The notes below the pieces were generated by a model. That model worked only from the letters and a program-made list of their open reading frames with translations. It made no database searches and was not told the DNA's origin. From the NCBI GenBank assembly GCA_945875435.1, contig CAMCKH010000008.1, positions 1 through 24,000 of the forward strand: a stretch of DNA of 24,000 nt. The letters are read 5' to 3'. Shown here one piece after another: positions 21,654 through 24,000 of the stretch. Position 1 is the first letter of the stretch. The number at the start of each line of letters is the position of its first letter. This DNA is from an uncultured Erysipelotrichaceae bacterium. Its GTDB lineage: Bacteria > Bacillota_I > Bacilli_A > Erysipelotrichales > Erysipelotrichaceae. The translations under genes and the position numbers were made by a program.

Positions 21654-23810
21654 TTAATCTAAATCTATCCAACGCATTTCCATTGGTTTTAGAATCAATG
21701 TTTCTTTTTTAATGTTATCAATATATAAATCAGTTGTAGCTTCTGCTTGGGTATTGTTTATAACCGCAATTCTCTTAACACTTTCAAAAGCTGCGATTTC
21801 TGTATTTACATTTGAAACATAGTATTTTTTCATTTCATGTTCTTTAGTTGCTGCAAAGTAAATTGCACGAAGCAATAAACGACAGTTTTGTGGAGAATAA
21901 GGTAGACCTGCAAAATATACACTTCTTCCCTTACCATAACTATTTACTGCAAGTTGAACATATTTTTGATCCATCGCTAGAACTTGGTAATTCTTACCTA
22001 ATGCATAAACTCCAGGTGTTCCTTCACCAAAATCAAGTTCTCCTTCGATATCTTCCAATAAGAAATGATTAGGATTACATTCATTGTATTTATCAGTACT
22101 TAAAGTAAATCCTACCTCTTTATCAACACCTAATACATCTGATAATTGGAAGAATCTTCCTTGGTGTTGGTAACTTGTAGGATCTCCTACCCCGATAAAG
22201 CCTCCACCTTCATATACCCATTTACGAATAGTGGTTACTATTTCTTCGTCTATCCAATTTTCATAACCACTCCAGCTATTATTATATGCCCCAGCATTAA
22301 TAATAACTTTAATTTCTGGATCAATTCCTTTTTTAATATCTTCAAAACTAATAAATTCAACATCAATAGGCATACCGCTTAAACACTCAATAACACCTAC
22401 ATAACTATAAATTTCACGATACCATATAGCATGATGAACTTGGTTGCTCATCCAACGACGAATATTTCCCCAGCAATTTAAAATCGCAACTTTAAATGGT
22501 GCACTGTAGCTCTTAGTTTCATTAGTTTTTTCATGAATTTCTCTAAATTCAGAAATAACTTGTTTAATAGTATCAATGAAATTAGGCCATTTTAAAGCTA
22601 ATTTTAAATATCCACCATAACCAATACGATCTAATGGACTTCTAAGCATTGCTCTTCTTGCTTGAAGCCAATTTTCTTTAGCTTCGTGAATTGGGTTACC
22701 TCCTTCACAGAAAACATCTGGGAAGAAATATGGTAAGAATCTTCCTTCGGTGTACTTAACACCTTTAATATCAGAAATCATACGCATAGTTACCCCATTA
22801 CCAACTGAACCAACTACCGCATCCAAGCCGATATTTTCAAAATATTTTCCAAAAGGTTCTGTTCCTATCCAATGATCTCCTAAAAACATCATTGCTTCTT
22901 TACCATAGCTATGAACTATGTCAACCAATTCTTTCGCAAGTTTACATACTTCAATTTGTTGGAATTCAATAAAATCTCTAAATTCTTTTGAAGGAATTCT
23001 AAAAATAGAATTATGATAACCTTGGTCTACAATAAATTCAGGTCTAAATTTATAACCCGCCCATTTTTCAAATTGTCTTAAAATATATGGACTAACACTG
23101 GCACTATATCCGAACCATTCTACAAATTTTTCTCTTTTTTGATCATCAAATGTTAAGGTGAATTGATGGAAGAAAGTGGTAAATCTTATAACATCAATGT
23201 GTGGATTATCTTGACAGAATTTATGTAATTTAGCCTTAACATATTCTTGAGTTTTAGGTTGTCTAACATCAAATGTCATTTGATGTGGAGCATCTTTCCA
23301 ATCATTAGTAATAAAATTATACATATGAACTGGATCCCAAATTAAGAAAGCAAGGAAACTTACAGTGTATTCATGGAAAGGAATGGTTTTAAGAGTTACA
23401 CTTCCTTTTTCAGCATTATAAGACCAATCAGTAGTAGGAACAACTTTACCAGTGGTTCTGTCAATAACTTCCCACCACTCTTTAGGATCGTCAATATCAT
23501 TTACTTTTAATTGTTGAGTGTGGAATCCTGCCATTAATACGATTTCTAAACTATCAGTAACAGCAGTATGTCTATCTGTGATTAAATATTCTTGTTGGAC
23601 CTCTTCCGGATTTGCTTCAGCCCAGTCATTATCTTTTCTTGTTGTATAATATGTAGCGTATATTTTTTGTTTTACATCAGTAAGTTCTTTTGGCATCAAT
23701 GTACCATCACAATCCCTAATCGCATCCGCGTCTAATTCTTCAATTAAAGCTAAAGTTTCAGGAACTATATCTAAATCTGTAGGTAAAGTTAAGCGTCCAC
23801 CTTTTTTCAT
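21654..23810 (-). CDS. GH112 family 1,3-beta-galactosyl-N-acetylhexosamine (galacto-/lacto-N-biose) phosphorylase-like enzyme
   Basis: 718 aa. The N-terminus GRLTLPTD...LDADAIRDCDGT...KIYATYYTTR parallels lacto-N-biose phosphorylase, and the FLGDHWIGTEP region is consistent with the GH112 catalytic core. The exact substrate (GNB/LNB versus Gal-Rha) cannot be assigned by eye. RBS AGGAGG. Confidence 0.88.
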   Translation of the reverse strand: MKKGGRLTLPTDLDIVPETLALIEELDADAIRDCDGTLMPKELTDVKQKIYATYYTTRKDNDWAEANPEEVQQEYLITDRHTAVTDSLEIVLMAGFHTQQLKVNDIDDPKEWWEVIDRTTGKVVPTTDWSYNAEKGSVTLKTIPFHEYTVSFLAFLIWDPVHMYNFITNDWKDAPHQMTFDVRQPKTQEYVKAKLHKFCQDNPHIDVIRFTTFFHQFTLTFDDQKREKFVEWFGYSASVSPYILRQFEKWAGYKFRPEFIVDQGYHNSIFRIPSKEFRDFIEFQQIEVCKLAKELVDIVHSYGKEAMMFLGDHWIGTEPFGKYFENIGLDAVVGSVGNGVTMRMISDIKGVKYTEGRFLPYFFPDVFCEGGNPIHEAKENWLQARRAMLRSPLDRIGYGGYLKLALKWPNFIDTIKQVISEFREIHEKTNETKSYSAPFKVAILNCWGNIRRWMSNQVHHAIWYREIYSYVGVIECLSGMPIDVEFISFEDIKKGIDPEIKVIINAGAYNNSWSGYENWIDEEIVTTIRKWVYEGGGFIGVGDPTSYQHQGRFFQLSDVLGVDKEVGFTLSTDKYNECNPNHFLLEDIEGELDFGEGTPGVYALGKNYQVLAMDQKYVQLAVNSYGKGRSVYFAGLPYSPQNCRLLLRAIYFAATKEHEMKKYYVSNVNTEIAAFESVKRIAVINNTQAEATTDLYIDNIKKETLILKPMEMRWIDLD

Positions 23811-23818
23811 AAAGCCTC

Positions 23819-23986
23819 CTATTTATATTTTTTGTTGTATAAGTATAGGTCCAACAATAAACCACTAATTCCAATGATTTCTATTAATAATCCAAAATGT
23901 CCTATTTTACTTTGTCCATAAAATATACACCATACTGACATCACAAAAATCAAAGCCATTATAATTATTTTTATTATTTCTTTCAT
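23819..23986 (-). CDS. Small two-helix membrane peptide (55 aa), hypothetical
   Basis: Below the ORF-track size cut-off; translated by hand from ATG 23986 (AAGGA RBS): MKEIIKIIIMALIFVMSVWCIFYGQSKIGHFGLLIEIIGISGLLLDLYLYNKKYK. Its TAG stop lies inside the AGGAGG RBS of the phosphorylase gene, which suggests translational coupling. Confidence 0.4.
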   Translation of the reverse strand: MKEIIKIIIMALIFVMSVWCIFYGQSKIGHFGLLIEIIGISGLLLDLYLYNKKYK

Positions 23987-24000
23987 ATTAATCCTTAATA

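Noticed and set aside
89-22382. Remaining plus-strand track ORFs (89..292, 3775..4005, 6397..6609, 6721..6924, 12972..13190, 14416..14622, 18679..18972, 19419..19643, 21275..21532, 21848..22072, 22146..22382)
   Set aside because: Each is 67-97 aa and fully or largely antisense to a well-supported minus-strand gene. None has a convincing RBS or a recognisable motif.
1-24000. Mollicute genetic code 4 (TGA = Trp)
   Set aside because: All conserved proteins (GapA, FtsZ, Glf, GH112 and others) are full length under the standard code with no in-frame TGA. Where I checked, Trp is encoded by TGG.
1-24000. CRISPR arrays, tRNA/rRNA genes, IS elements, integrases
   Set aside because: Intergenic regions are short (mostly under 110 bp). 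The two longer ones (1112..1364 and 18915..19240) show no regularly spaced repeats, no cloverleaf-like GC-rich segments and no terminal inverted repeats. No transposase-like or integrase-like ORF is present.

Overview
Very AT-rich window that uses the standard genetic code. It looks like a low-GC Bacillota/Mycoplasmatota-type genome: RNA polymerase delta subunit, ComFA, lipobox lipoproteins and strong AAGGAGG Shine-Dalgarno sites. Every gene I can support (24 CDS) is on the minus strand, and all plus-strand ORFs in the track look like shadows of minus-strand genes. Reading in the direction of transcription (high to low coordinates), hairpin/T-tract terminators split the window into about 11 units. 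(1) A 55-aa membrane peptide plus a GH112 galacto-/lacto-N-biose-type phosphorylase. (2) ftsA-ftsZ. (3) A secreted protein of unknown function, followed by a membrane-anchored EEP-family nuclease/phosphatase. (4) PTS IIB, PTS IIC and a short GrdB-N-terminal-domain protein. (5) A catalytically dead M42 paralog, an intact M42 peptidase and an M20 dipeptidase. (6) comFA. (7) A small hypothetical gene plus rpoE (delta). (8) zur, znuA, znuC, znuB, a di-Cys lipoprotein and glf. (9) An EIIC-like permease plus ldhD. (10) gapA. (11) hsdS, truncated by the left edge. I saw no rRNA, tRNA, CRISPR array, IS element or transposase. The best candidates for undescribed biology are three. First, the PTS/GrdB-N/dead-M42/M42/M20 cassette. 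Second, the Zur-linked zinc uptake operon, whose ZnuA carries a ZinT-like domain nested inside the His-rich loop and which ends in a di-cysteine lipoprotein. Third, the secreted-protein/membrane-EEP pair. All family assignments come from motif recognition by eye and from memory; no searches were run.
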